Assembly (NCBI GenBank): GCA_963705525.1
Contig: CAVPJW010000003.1
Location: 339,976-403,975, forward strand
DNA length: 64,000 bases
Reading direction: 5' to 3'
From: an uncultured Acidobacteriota bacterium
GTDB taxonomy: Bacteria; Acidobacteriota; Vicinamibacteria; Vicinamibacterales; CAVPJW01
Of the stretch, positions 53,048 to 62,684 are shown piece after piece; within the stretch, counting starts at the first letter, position 1; each line of letters starts with the position of its first letter. Made by a program: the position numbers and the translations under genes. The notes under the pieces were generated by a model. The model saw nothing but the letters and a program-made list of their open reading frames with translations, was not told where the DNA came from and ran no database searches.

Positions 53048-55183
53048 TTACGAGGCCGGACTTCGCGGAGGACTTGGGCTCGAACGGCCGGCGTGCCTGG
53101 GCGTCATCGCGGCGCCCACGATGTCGATGCGGTCGATGACATCGCCTTCGAGAACAGTATCCACGACCTCCATGCCGCGGGAGACCTCGGCGAATACCGT
53201 GTAGATGTGATCGAGACGCGGGTTGTCCACGAGATTGACGAAGATCTGCGCGTCGCCCGTATCGCGTCCCCGGGTGGAGATGCCCAGTGTGCCACGACGG
53301 TGAGACCGGCGGGCAACTTCGTCTCTCAGGTAGTCGCCGTCTCCCATGTACTCGTTGGCGCCGGGACTTCCGCCCTGGATGACGAAGTTCGGCACCACAC
53401 GGTGGAATGTGAGGCCATTGTAGTAGCCCGCCCGCGCCAGGCTGACGAACCTGGACACCGTGATTGGCGCTTCTGCTGCCAACAGGGTCAGCTCGAACGT
53501 GCCCCTGCCGCGCATGGAGACGACGGCGGTCGCCGCCGTGTTGTTTTTGAACTCAAGAAGGGGTGTTTCGATCGACCTGGAAAGCGGTGCTGCGGAAACC
53601 GGATTCTTCGCCCACCCAGTCAGAATCGTCGCGGCAAGGTTCGCGACCTCGGGATCGAAATCCCGGAGGTACGGCTGGAGGTCCGCAGCCTGACCGGCGT
53701 CGCCGAGCTCCTGAACGCGCTTCAGGATCGCCACTCTGGGATCCCGGCTCGTGTCGCGATGCTCTCTCGTCACCCGTTCGAGGTTCGCCAGCAGCGCAGA
53801 GATTGCCTGCGCCTTTCGCGGCGAACCTTCGAGTGCCGTCGCCGCTGTCAGCACCGTCTGATAATCGCGACGAGCCAGTGCCGCGATGAAGTGTTCGTCG
53901 GCATCGTGTGCCTGCAGTTTCTGGAGTGCTTCGAGCGCCGACTGGCACACGTTATCGTTCCGGTCGGAGGCAAGCAGACGAAGCCGATCGGCGTCCTTGA
54001 GAGCGAGCGCAGCCTGCGCGGCATACATCCGGACCTGCCAAATCGGGCTGGCGGCGAACCGGTCCATGAGCGGACGTGCCGATTCCGGAAACTGTTTCGC
54101 AAGGGATACAAATGCATGTGCCGAGCGCTGCCATTCATCGTTTCTTGCCAATCGCTCGAGCACGTGCTGCGCCGCTGGTCGATCGGCGCACGATTGACCG
54201 AGAAGATCGAGCGCGAGCAGCACGACATGCGGATTCGCGTCCGAGCTTGCCGACACAATCGGCTGGCAGCCGGTCGCCTGAAGGCGTTTCCCATATGTCC
54301 TGAGCGCCTCGAGCCTGACCATGGGCGAGGAGTCTAGCAGGCCGCGATCGACAAGTGGAGCGCGGTCATCGACTGCGTCGAGACGTCCAAGGGCCGCCGC
54401 GGCAATCTGTCTGACCTGCACGTCCGGATCGCGGGTAGTGGAGTCGAGCGTGCCGCGATCGATGGCCCGCGCGTTGACCAGGGCACCGAGCGCCAGTCGT
54501 CTCACGACAGCCGCTTCAGAACTTGGTTCGTCCGGGCGCTCGACCGCCGCGCGAAGTGCGGCTGCCGTGCCGTCTGCTATCGGGCCGATCTTCTCGACAC
54601 GTCGTGTCAGCGATTCAAGACCTCGAGCAGCGCCCAGACGGAATTCGTCACCATCAGTCGGATTGAGGAGCGCCGACCTCAGTCTGTCCTCGGCCCGGAC
54701 TCGCCCACCGTCCTCCGGCGACGCGTAGCGCAGCCGCCCCAGTGACTCGAGCACGACGCGCGCGACGCTCGGATTGGCTTCGGCGTCGAGTCGTGCAATC
54801 AGCCGCTCCGCAGCGTTGGCGATGTCCCCCGGACCCGCGTTTTCCTGGGAAACGGCCTGTGCGAGCGCATCGGCTGCTTCGGCACGCACCGCCGGGGCCG
54901 CGGCCGCGAGCGCGCCGGCAATGGTCACGGCCACGGCGGGGCGCTCGAGCCTGCCCAGCGCCCTGATCGCGGCCACCTGCACGTCCACGGACGGGTCGTC
55001 GAGACTCGACTGGAGAAGCTCGAGATCGGACGGCCGCGAGGCGCGCCTGTCTTCGGCGGCAATTACCGCCTGAAGGACGGCGCTCGATCGCGGCGGCGCC
55101 GGCGCTCGTGTCTGTGGCGCAGGCGATGGAAGGTTCGCCGCCGTCAGGGCGAGTGACGCCGCGCCAACGAGGCGAAGGATCAC
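53048..55183 (-). CDS. HEAT-repeat protein fused to a C-terminal cyclophilin-type peptidyl-prolyl isomerase, secreted
   Basis: N-terminal HEAT-like repeats (DPSVDVQVAAIRALGRL, SPMVRLEALR) cover about 500 aa. The C-terminus reads FHRVVPNFVIQGGSPG...GTLGISTRGRDTGDAQIFV. GTG start in a GTGA overlap with the M49 gene. Confidence 0.85.
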   Translation of the reverse strand: MILRLVGAASLALTAANLPSPAPQTRAPAPPRSSAVLQAVIAAEDRRASRPSDLELLQSSLDDPSVDVQVAAIRALGRLERPAVAVTIAGALAAAAPAVRAEAADALAQAVSQENAGPGDIANAAERLIARLDAEANPSVARVVLESLGRLRYASPEDGGRVRAEDRLRSALLNPTDGDEFRLGAARGLESLTRRVEKIGPIADGTAAALRAAVERPDEPSSEAAVVRRLALGALVNARAIDRGTLDSTTRDPDVQVRQIAAAALGRLDAVDDRAPLVDRGLLDSSPMVRLEALRTYGKRLQATGCQPIVSASSDANPHVVLLALDLLGQSCADRPAAQHVLERLARNDEWQRSAHAFVSLAKQFPESARPLMDRFAASPIWQVRMYAAQAALALKDADRLRLLASDRNDNVCQSALEALQKLQAHDADEHFIAALARRDYQTVLTAATALEGSPRKAQAISALLANLERVTREHRDTSRDPRVAILKRVQELGDAGQAADLQPYLRDFDPEVANLAATILTGWAKNPVSAAPLSRSIETPLLEFKNNTAATAVVSMRGRGTFELTLLAAEAPITVSRFVSLARAGYYNGLTFHRVVPNFVIQGGSPGANEYMGDGDYLRDEVARRSHRRGTLGISTRGRDTGDAQIFVNLVDNPRLDHIYTVFAEVSRGMEVVDTVLEGDVIDRIDIVGAAMTPRHAGRSSPSPPRSPAS

Positions 55184-57240
55184 GGCGTCGAGCTCTGCGG
55201 CTTCCGGGCGTGACCCGAGTATTCGAGCATCTGGGTCGTCAGGTCCTCCGGATACGAGATGCGGACGTCAGTGATCGCGCCGGTGTTGTCGGTCACGGCC
55301 TCGAGCCTCGGCATTACGAATCCCGTGTAGGACGGCAGGTTGAGCTTGTCTACCCGCGCGACGACCTCATCACGCAGCTTCGGATCGAAGTGCACGCCGT
55401 ACGTCTCGACGAGTTTCTTCGCTGCCGCGTAGTCGCCCTCGCTCTTGATCCGCTGTACCTCTGAGAGCAGGCGCCCGACGCCGTCATGAAACGCCTTCAC
55501 GTCCGTCATGGTGTAGTACCACTTCCCGTCCCGTTGACGGACTTCGATAGCTTTGCTGTTCTCGATCAGCCACCGGATGATGAACTGGCGGTTCTTCATG
55601 TGGTCCTCGCCAATCTGTGTGCCTTCACGCACCCGACTGAGCTGGACCAGCGCATTCCGCGTATACCCTTCATACTCGGTTCTGACAATCTCGTCCTGGT
55701 CGGCCGCCTTCACCAGGCCGAGCTCCGCCAGTTTGGGATCGGGGAAGAAATACAACGCCACCAGATCCGCCCTGCCCTCTTCAATCGCGGAGAACTGTTC
55801 CTTCAAGGCCTGCTGCGGACTGCCTTTCACGCTCTCGGACATCTTGCCCGAGGCGTGGCCGATGACCTCGTGCATGTTGACGAGGAGATCGCCGGCGGTC
55901 TCGGCCCACTTGTTGGCTCGCGCCGCCTCTTCGGGGGTCCACGAGAACTCGCTCCTGAATCCCGGCACGGTGGCGCGACCGTACGCTTCGTTCACGTTCG
56001 ACAGCGAGACGGACTTGCTTCCATACCGCTCGCGGATGGCCTGATCGTTCGGGAGGTTGATGCCGACGGGCGTGATCGGACCCGAGTCGCCGGTTTCGAT
56101 CACGACATCGATGGCATTCGCCGTGATGCCCTGGACGCCCTGTTTCCGATACTTTGCATCCCACGGCATGCGGTCTTCGAACCACTGCGCCTCGCGCGAC
56201 AGCTTCTGGATAGCCTCGGTCTTCTCGTGATTCACGTAGTAGACGAGCCCCTCCCAGCCGCCCTTGATGCCGCGCGCGTCGAGGTAGACCTCGATGAATC
56301 CGTTCATCGTGTCGACGCTCGATGCCTTGTCCTGCACCCACGCGATGTCGTACTGCCGTCGATCCTCCGTCTCGCCTGTTCTGTAAAACTTGATGAGCGC
56401 CTGAAGCGCTTTGGCCGTCGCCTCGGGCGCGTACGGGAGCGCCGCTTCGAGATGCTTGACGATTTCTGAAATCTCCTTGTCATAGCGCCCGCCGATCCGA
56501 TAGACCTCTTCGACGAGCTTGCCGTTCTGCTTCACCAGGCGTGAGTTGAGCGGATAACGCTCGGTGAATCCTGCCAGGTCCTTCATCCTGATGCCGCTGT
56601 ACAGATTGTTGGCGCTGTCGGCGAGGATGTCTTTGCCTGGACCAGGAGCCTTGTTGGTCACGATCGGCTCGAACGTCGCATCGAAGAACATCGGCCGCAG
56701 GCGAGTCAGGAGGGCCGAGAGATCTTCACCGGCTCTTGTGGGGAACGTCGCTCCCGACTGCGAAGCGCGTGCCGCTGCCTGGGCGAACGCGTCCGGCGTG
56801 CACTTGAGAACGAACTTGCGCGCCGTCAGGTTGTTGTAGGGCCCCGTGTTGATCCAGAAGAGTTTTGTATAGCGTCTGATCTCATCGAGCGTCGCCGCAT
56901 CGATGCCGTCCGGATGCGTGACGATGGCCTCGAGGATGTCGCGCATCTCGAGGTTGTGGGCATAGCGCTGATCGAAGAAGATGTCGCGCCCCGCGATTGC
57001 TGCCTGATAGAGGTGCCAGACGAGCGTCTTTTCCTTGAGCGAAAGCGCCCTGAAACTATCCGCGTAGAGCTGCACGACCGCCGCGTCATCGACACGCTCC
57101 AACAAATACTTGCGCTCCGCAGCCGGTTGCGCCGCCTCGCTGGCAGGTGCCGTCGCCGTGGATGGCGCAGGCTCCGGAGCCTTCGAGCAGGACGCCGCCA
57201 GGACTGCCAGGCACATCACGATGATCGAGTTCAATTTCAT
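55180..57240 (-). CDS. dipeptidyl-peptidase III-like (M49 family) lipoprotein
   Basis: Lipobox LAASCS. Zinc motifs HEVIGHASGK and EEGRADLVAL. Confidence 0.85.
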   Translation of the reverse strand: MKLNSIIVMCLAVLAASCSKAPEPAPSTATAPASEAAQPAAERKYLLERVDDAAVVQLYADSFRALSLKEKTLVWHLYQAAIAGRDIFFDQRYAHNLEMRDILEAIVTHPDGIDAATLDEIRRYTKLFWINTGPYNNLTARKFVLKCTPDAFAQAAARASQSGATFPTRAGEDLSALLTRLRPMFFDATFEPIVTNKAPGPGKDILADSANNLYSGIRMKDLAGFTERYPLNSRLVKQNGKLVEEVYRIGGRYDKEISEIVKHLEAALPYAPEATAKALQALIKFYRTGETEDRRQYDIAWVQDKASSVDTMNGFIEVYLDARGIKGGWEGLVYYVNHEKTEAIQKLSREAQWFEDRMPWDAKYRKQGVQGITANAIDVVIETGDSGPITPVGINLPNDQAIRERYGSKSVSLSNVNEAYGRATVPGFRSEFSWTPEEAARANKWAETAGDLLVNMHEVIGHASGKMSESVKGSPQQALKEQFSAIEEGRADLVALYFFPDPKLAELGLVKAADQDEIVRTEYEGYTRNALVQLSRVREGTQIGEDHMKNRQFIIRWLIENSKAIEVRQRDGKWYYTMTDVKAFHDGVGRLLSEVQRIKSEGDYAAAKKLVETYGVHFDPKLRDEVVARVDKLNLPSYTGFVMPRLEAVTDNTGAITDVRISYPEDLTTQMLEYSGHARKPQSSTP

Positions 57241-57284
57241 GTCAGGTCCTCAATCGATTAGGGCAAGAAATACACCCGCTGCTC

Positions 57285-58667
57285 CTAGTGAAGCTCCACC
57301 GTCGTCAACGGCTCCGGCGTCTGAACCGTCCACGCCTTCTCGCGCTCGATGGTGGCCTTGAGCGCGTCCATCGCGCGCGGCTCGCCATGCACCAGAAAGG
57401 TGGACCTGGGTGGTCGGCGGAAGGTGCCGAGCCACTTCATGATCTCCTGGGCGTCAGCGTGCGCCGACATCGAATCAATCTTCTCGATCCGTGCGGACAC
57501 CGGAACGATCTGGCCGTGGATCTTGACTTCTTTGGTTCCGTCCACCAGCTGGCGCCCGCGTGTGCCTTCGGCTTGAAATCCCACGAAGAGCACGGTATTC
57601 CGCGGATCGGGCAGGGCGGCTTTCAGATGATGTAACACCCGCCCGCCGGTGGCCATTCCACTCGCTGACAGCACGATCGAGGGCGTGGTGGACGCCGTCA
57701 GTCGCTTGGAGTCCTCGACGCTGGCGATCGTCTCGAGGCGTGCAGTACAGAACGCACAAAGCTTGCCCGTGCCCGTCGAGAGGTCGCCGTCGAGCTCGTT
57801 CAGGCGCGCCCTGTAGTGTTTGAGCGCGTCTATCGCCATGGGGCTGTCCACATACACCGGCAGCCGCGGAATTGCGTCGGCCGCCTCGAGGCGGCCGATC
57901 CAATACAACACTTCCTCGACGCGGCCGATCGCAAATGCAGGAATGATCAGCTTCCCCCCGCGACGGACCGTTTCGCGCACGATCTCGGCGAGATGGGCTC
58001 CATTGTCGTCAGGTTCATGGACGCGATCGCCATAAGTTGATTCGCAGAGCAGCACGTCGGCCTGATCCACCGGGGACGGGTCCGGCAACACTGGTCGTCC
58101 GTAGCGTCCAAGATCCCCTCCGAACAGTACTTGCGGGCCGCCCTGAATCGTCACCCGCGCATAGGCCGACCCCAGGAGATGGCCGGCAACGATGTACTCC
58201 AGGGCGATGCCTGGCGCCACGTCGAGGCTCCGGTTGAAGCCGATGGGCTGAAGCTGCGAGATGGCGCGAAACGCATCGGCCTCGGTGAAGAGCGGCAGCG
58301 CCGGTGCGTGCTTCGAGTAGCCGTGGCGATTGGCCTGCCTGGCATCTTCTTCCTGCAGGCGCCCCGCGTCGGGCAACATGATCCGGCAGAGATCCGCGGT
58401 TCCACCCGTGCAGAAGATGCGGCCGCGGAACCCTCCCGCCACGAAGCGAGGCAAGTAGCCCGAATGATCGATGTGCGCGTGGGTCAGCACGACCGCGTGC
58501 ACGTCGGCCGGTTCAACGGGCAGAGGCTGCCAGTTCCGCAGCCTCAGCTCTTTCAGTCCCTGGAAGAGACCGCAGTCGATCAGAATCCGCGTGCTTCCGA
58601 CCTGAAGAAGGTGCTTGGATCCGGTGACGGTGCGGGCGGCGCCGAGAAAGGTCAGCGTACTGGTCAG
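57285..58667 (-). CDS. beta-CASP MBL-fold hydrolase (RNA-metabolising MBL family). The start codon is unresolved, and CTG 58667 is given as a working start.
   Basis: TFLGAARTVTGSKHLL..IDCGLFQG..HAVVLTHAHIDHSGYLP, plus beta-CASP motifs downstream. The conserved N-terminal 55 or more codons lie upstream of the first ATG/GTG/TTG (GTG 58502). Confidence 0.7.
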   Translation of the reverse strand: MTSTLTFLGAARTVTGSKHLLQVGSTRILIDCGLFQGLKELRLRNWQPLPVEPADVHAVVLTHAHIDHSGYLPRFVAGGFRGRIFCTGGTADLCRIMLPDAGRLQEEDARQANRHGYSKHAPALPLFTEADAFRAISQLQPIGFNRSLDVAPGIALEYIVAGHLLGSAYARVTIQGGPQVLFGGDLGRYGRPVLPDPSPVDQADVLLCESTYGDRVHEPDDNGAHLAEIVRETVRRGGKLIIPAFAIGRVEEVLYWIGRLEAADAIPRLPVYVDSPMAIDALKHYRARLNELDGDLSTGTGKLCAFCTARLETIASVEDSKRLTASTTPSIVLSASGMATGGRVLHHLKAALPDPRNTVLFVGFQAEGTRGRQLVDGTKEVKIHGQIVPVSARIEKIDSMSAHADAQEIMKWLGTFRRPPRSTFLVHGEPRAMDALKATIEREKAWTVQTPEPLTTVELH

Positions 58668-58743
58668 TGGATCGCGCTCCAGGGTGACTTTATCAAATCT
58701 GCTAAGCTGATCCTAAAAGCTCAACAAAAGGAGTCGTTTCACG

Positions 58744-60987
58744 GTGGGTCGAACCAGATCGTTCGCCGGCGGAATCTTCGTCGCGCTCGCGGTGGTCGCC
58801 GCAACCCCGCCCGCGCGCGCGCAGCAGAAGCCTTTGTCGCTCGATGCGATTTTTGACCCCGACACGAAGGAGCGGTTCAGCGGCGCGCCCGTCACTGGGC
58901 TCGTCTGGACCGACGAGAAGCATTACGCCTGGCCAAAGCCTGAGACTCCTGGAAGCTCGTCGGTCGAGTGGCTCAAAGTGGAGGCGGCGTCGGGACGATC
59001 CGAACCGCTCTTCGACCGTGCGCGCATGGTGCGAGCCTTCTCAAAGGCTCCCGGGATGTCAGAAGACGAAGCCAACAGTCTTTCACGTTCGCCCGATCTC
59101 AATTTCAATTCAGACTTCACCGGCGCCCTGATCACGTTCGCCGACGATCTTTCCTTCTACCGCTTCGGAACAGACGAGGTCGTGCGCCTGACGTCGACAC
59201 CAGACGAAGAGGAAGAGGCGACCTTCAGCCCGGATGGGCGCCTGGTCGCGTTCATTCGCAGGAACAACCTCTACGTCGTCGATCTGGCCGATCGCAAGGA
59301 ACGGGCACTCACGTCGGACGGCAGCGAACGTCTTCTGAACGGCAAGCTCGACTGGGTGTATCAGGAAGAGCTGTACGGTCGCGACAATTATCAAGGGTAC
59401 TGGTGGAGTCCGGACTCATCGCACATCGCGTTTCTCCAGCTCGATGAGTCTTCGGTTCCCTCATTTACGGTTGTCGATCACCTGCCGTACCGCCAGTCCC
59501 TCGAAACGTGGCCCTACCCCAAGGCTGGCGATGCCAATCCCAAGGTCCGGGTCGGCATTGTGCCGTCGAGTGGGGGCGCGGTTGCCTGGGCGGACACGTC
59601 CAAGTACGCGGCGATCGATTTTCTCGTGGTCGATCTCGGCTGGAAGTCCGACAGTTCAGCCGTCGTCGTTCGGATTCAGGATCGCGAGCAGACGTGGCTC
59701 GACCTCAACGTTGCGGATCGAGGCAACGGGCAGATTCGCACCCTGCTCAGGGAAACCACCAAAGCATGGGTCAATCGGAATCAGAATCCCTCCTGGCTCG
59801 CAGATGGATCGTTTCTCTGGCTGAGCGAACGGACCGGATGGAAGCACATCTATCACTACAAGGCGGACGGGACACTCATCCAGCCGGTTACGCAGGGACA
59901 ATGGGAAGCCCGCACGCTGAGCGGCGTCGATGAAACCGGCGGTTGGATCTATTTCACCGGAACGGAGCGGAGTTCCATCGATCTCGACCTTTATCGCGTG
60001 AGGCTCGACGGACGCGACTTCACTCGCTTGTCGTCCAGGGCCGGGACGCACGCTCCCCGCTTCAGCCCGGCGTTCAGCGGCTACATCGACGTTTGGAACG
60101 ACATCACGACGCCGCCTCAGACGCGACTGCACCATGCCGACGGCCGTGAATGGCGCGTCATCGATGACAACGTCGCCGCCGCGTTGAAGGAGTATCGGCT
60201 GGCGACGCCTGAATTCCTGGAGGTCAAGACGCGGGATGGCTTTGTCATGAACGCCATGATGATCAAGCCGCCCGATTTCGATCCCAAGCGACGCTATCCC
60301 GTGCTCCAGCTGACGTACGGCGGACCGCACGCGCCCGAAGTGCAGAACGAATGGTCGGGGACGGAGTACATGTATCGCCAGCTCGTAGCGCAACAGGGAA
60401 TAATCATCTGGGTGTGTGACAACCGAACCGCCAGCGGGAAGGGCGCCGTGTCAGCGTGGCCGCTCCACCACCGCCTCGGCGAGCCCGAATTGCAGGATAT
60501 CGAAGACGGCGTGGCGTGGCTCAAACTGCAGCCGTTTGTCGATGGATCGCGCCTCGGCATCCAGGGCTGGAGCTACGGCGGGTTCATGACGAGCTACGCA
60601 TTGACGCACAGCACGAGTTTCAGGATGGGCATAGCCGGCGGGACGGTGGCGGACTGGCGGGATTACGACACGATTTACACGGAACGGTACATGGGTCGTC
60701 CAGAGTCGAACGCCGAGGGCTACCGCAAGAGCGCGCCTCGCTTCGCCGCGGCCAGTCTCCATGGCGCGCTGCTGCTGATTCACGGCACGATCGATGACAA
60801 CGTGCACATGCAGAACACCATGCAGTTCGCGTACGCCCTGCAGCAGGCGGGCAAACGATTCGAGCTCATGCTCTATCCCAAATCGCGCCACGGCGTTGTG
60901 GATCCTCCCCTGATCAAGCACCTGAGGTTGACGACGCTCGCGTTCACCGTTCGCACGCTCGTTGCGATCGACGAGACGAGCAACTAG
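58744..60987 (+). CDS. S9 family peptidase, dipeptidyl-peptidase IV-like
   Basis: DPPIV N-terminal beta-propeller (LDWVYQEELY, YPKAGDANP). Catalytic GIQGWSYGGFMT, DDNVH and the HG triad region. GTG start behind AAGGAG. Confidence 0.9.
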   Translation: MGRTRSFAGGIFVALAVVAATPPARAQQKPLSLDAIFDPDTKERFSGAPVTGLVWTDEKHYAWPKPETPGSSSVEWLKVEAASGRSEPLFDRARMVRAFSKAPGMSEDEANSLSRSPDLNFNSDFTGALITFADDLSFYRFGTDEVVRLTSTPDEEEEATFSPDGRLVAFIRRNNLYVVDLADRKERALTSDGSERLLNGKLDWVYQEELYGRDNYQGYWWSPDSSHIAFLQLDESSVPSFTVVDHLPYRQSLETWPYPKAGDANPKVRVGIVPSSGGAVAWADTSKYAAIDFLVVDLGWKSDSSAVVVRIQDREQTWLDLNVADRGNGQIRTLLRETTKAWVNRNQNPSWLADGSFLWLSERTGWKHIYHYKADGTLIQPVTQGQWEARTLSGVDETGGWIYFTGTERSSIDLDLYRVRLDGRDFTRLSSRAGTHAPRFSPAFSGYIDVWNDITTPPQTRLHHADGREWRVIDDNVAAALKEYRLATPEFLEVKTRDGFVMNAMMIKPPDFDPKRRYPVLQLTYGGPHAPEVQNEWSGTEYMYRQLVAQQGIIIWVCDNRTASGKGAVSAWPLHHRLGEPELQDIEDGVAWLKLQPFVDGSRLGIQGWSYGGFMTSYALTHSTSFRMGIAGGTVADWRDYDTIYTERYMGRPESNAEGYRKSAPRFAAASLHGALLLIHGTIDDNVHMQNTMQFAYALQQAGKRFELMLYPKSRHGVVDPPLIKHLRLTTLAFTVRTLVAIDETSN

Positions 60988-61055
60988 CCGGCTCCCCCGT
61001 CCGCGCATCCGCTGGTATACTCGGACAGATCCCCACTTGGTGCTTTTCGGAGGTC

Positions 61056-61820
61056 ATGATGAACAGGTTGCTGATCGGCTTCGGTCTCCTTCTCGCGAGT
61101 GCGGCGCCGCTTCGCGCGGATGTCACGATTTCCTCGACGCTGGCCGGCAAGGGCATGGGCGACGCCGGGATGGCGAGCAAGTCGTATATCAAGGGGACGA
61201 AGATGCGGACCGAAACGGCAGGGCGCGTGACGATCATGGATGCAGCGACGAGGCAGATGATCTCGCTCAACCCGGAAAAGAAAGAGGCGGTCGTCTACAA
61301 CCTGGCGGATCTGCAGGCCAACATGCAACAGATGATCGCTGGCGAGCCCAAGGTCACCATGACGCCGAACGGTCAGACCAGAACCATCCTGAACACACCG
61401 TGCGCGGGATACGACCTCGCCATGAGCATTCCCATGAAGATGGGCGACAACACCATGGCCATGAACATGACGGGCGCGATTTGGATTGCGAAGGGTGTGC
61501 CCGGCGCCAGTGACTACGCCGGCTTCTACACCGCGGCGGCAGAGAATGGACTGTTCTTCGGCAATCCGGACGCCGCCCGCGGCCCGGGAAGCGCGCAGCT
61601 CAAGAGCACCGTCGAGATGTACCGCAAGATCGCGGCGCTCGGCGGCATCGCATACCAGACGGAGATGCAGATGAAGTTCGACGCGGACGGCATGATGGGC
61701 TCCATGATGAACAAGATGGGTGGCGGTGGCCTGACGACGACCGTGACGGCTGTCTCGACCGAAGCCGTGGATGCCTCGATGTTCACCGTGCCCGCAGACT
61801 ACAAGACCAAAACCAGGTGA
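61056..61820 (+). CDS. hypothetical secreted Met-rich protein (DUF4412-like)
   Basis: Signal MMNRLLIGFGLLLASAAPLRA. 25 Met in 254 residues, including DGMMGSMMNKMGGGG. Confidence 0.55.
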   Translation: MMNRLLIGFGLLLASAAPLRADVTISSTLAGKGMGDAGMASKSYIKGTKMRTETAGRVTIMDAATRQMISLNPEKKEAVVYNLADLQANMQQMIAGEPKVTMTPNGQTRTILNTPCAGYDLAMSIPMKMGDNTMAMNMTGAIWIAKGVPGASDYAGFYTAAAENGLFFGNPDAARGPGSAQLKSTVEMYRKIAALGGIAYQTEMQMKFDADGMMGSMMNKMGGGGLTTTVTAVSTEAVDASMFTVPADYKTKTR

Positions 61821-62677
61821 TCCTTGCTGACCGATTGCGTGAGGGGGACTCGGTCGTGGCGGCCGAGCTGCGGCCTCCCCGCGCCGAGCTCGCCGCAACC
61901 GACGGCATGGAAGCCTGGATCGATACGCATCACGCCGTCCGTACCCTCACCAGGCAGGGGACGTTCGTCTTCCTGACGGACAACGCCGTCGGCACCAGCG
62001 AGGAAGACAACCTCCGACATCTCATCACCAATCTCGGGACAGACGTGCCCCTCGAGCGCGTCGTCCCCTTCCTGACCGCCAAGCACTCGATGAGCTACTG
62101 CCTGTCCTATGCGGAACGGGCGCGCCAGCACGGCATCCGGTCGCTGGTCGTCCTCGGCGGCGATCGAACGGTCGGGCCTCCTCGCTCGGTCGAGCACGCG
62201 TGGCAGCTTCGATCGATCATCAAACGAAGCGGCGTCGATCTCTCGATGGGTGGGTGGGCTAACCCGTATGCGGACGCGGCGCGGCAGGTCGAGTACTTGA
62301 TCGAAGCGAACTTCACCGCAGATTTCTATCTGACCCAGGTGGTCTCGCACCACAACCTGACGCCCGTGGCGCGCTTCATCGAAGAGGGGCAGCGCCGCGG
62401 GTTGACGAGGCCCGGGCTCTTTGGCGTCTTCTACTACCGGAGCGCCAACCCGCGGACGCTCAATCAGCTGAGCACGTTCCTCCCGGTGCCGGCGCAGGGG
62501 TTGTCGGAGGAATTCGGTTCGGGTGTGAGCGCCGATGAAGTCTGCGCGCGAACGCTCCGCGGGCTGCTGGACGTCGGCGCGCGGCATTTTTACATCAGCA
62601 ACCTGCCGCTTCAGCAGGCTCAGTCCACGCTGAACAACATTCTGACTCGCGTTGGTCTCATCAAGGTGCAAGGATAG
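61817..62677 (+). CDS. methylenetetrahydrofolate reductase (MetF)-like protein
   Basis: Colinear MetF-like landmarks: AELRPP, FLTAKH, GIRSLVVLGGD, GGWANPY, FYLTQVV and HFYISNL. GTGA overlap with the upstream gene. Confidence 0.6.
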   Translation: MILADRLREGDSVVAAELRPPRAELAATDGMEAWIDTHHAVRTLTRQGTFVFLTDNAVGTSEEDNLRHLITNLGTDVPLERVVPFLTAKHSMSYCLSYAERARQHGIRSLVVLGGDRTVGPPRSVEHAWQLRSIIKRSGVDLSMGGWANPYADAARQVEYLIEANFTADFYLTQVVSHHNLTPVARFIEEGQRRGLTRPGLFGVFYYRSANPRTLNQLSTFLPVPAQGLSEEFGSGVSADEVCARTLRGLLDVGARHFYISNLPLQQAQSTLNNILTRVGLIKVQG

Positions 62678-62684
62678 GAACACC

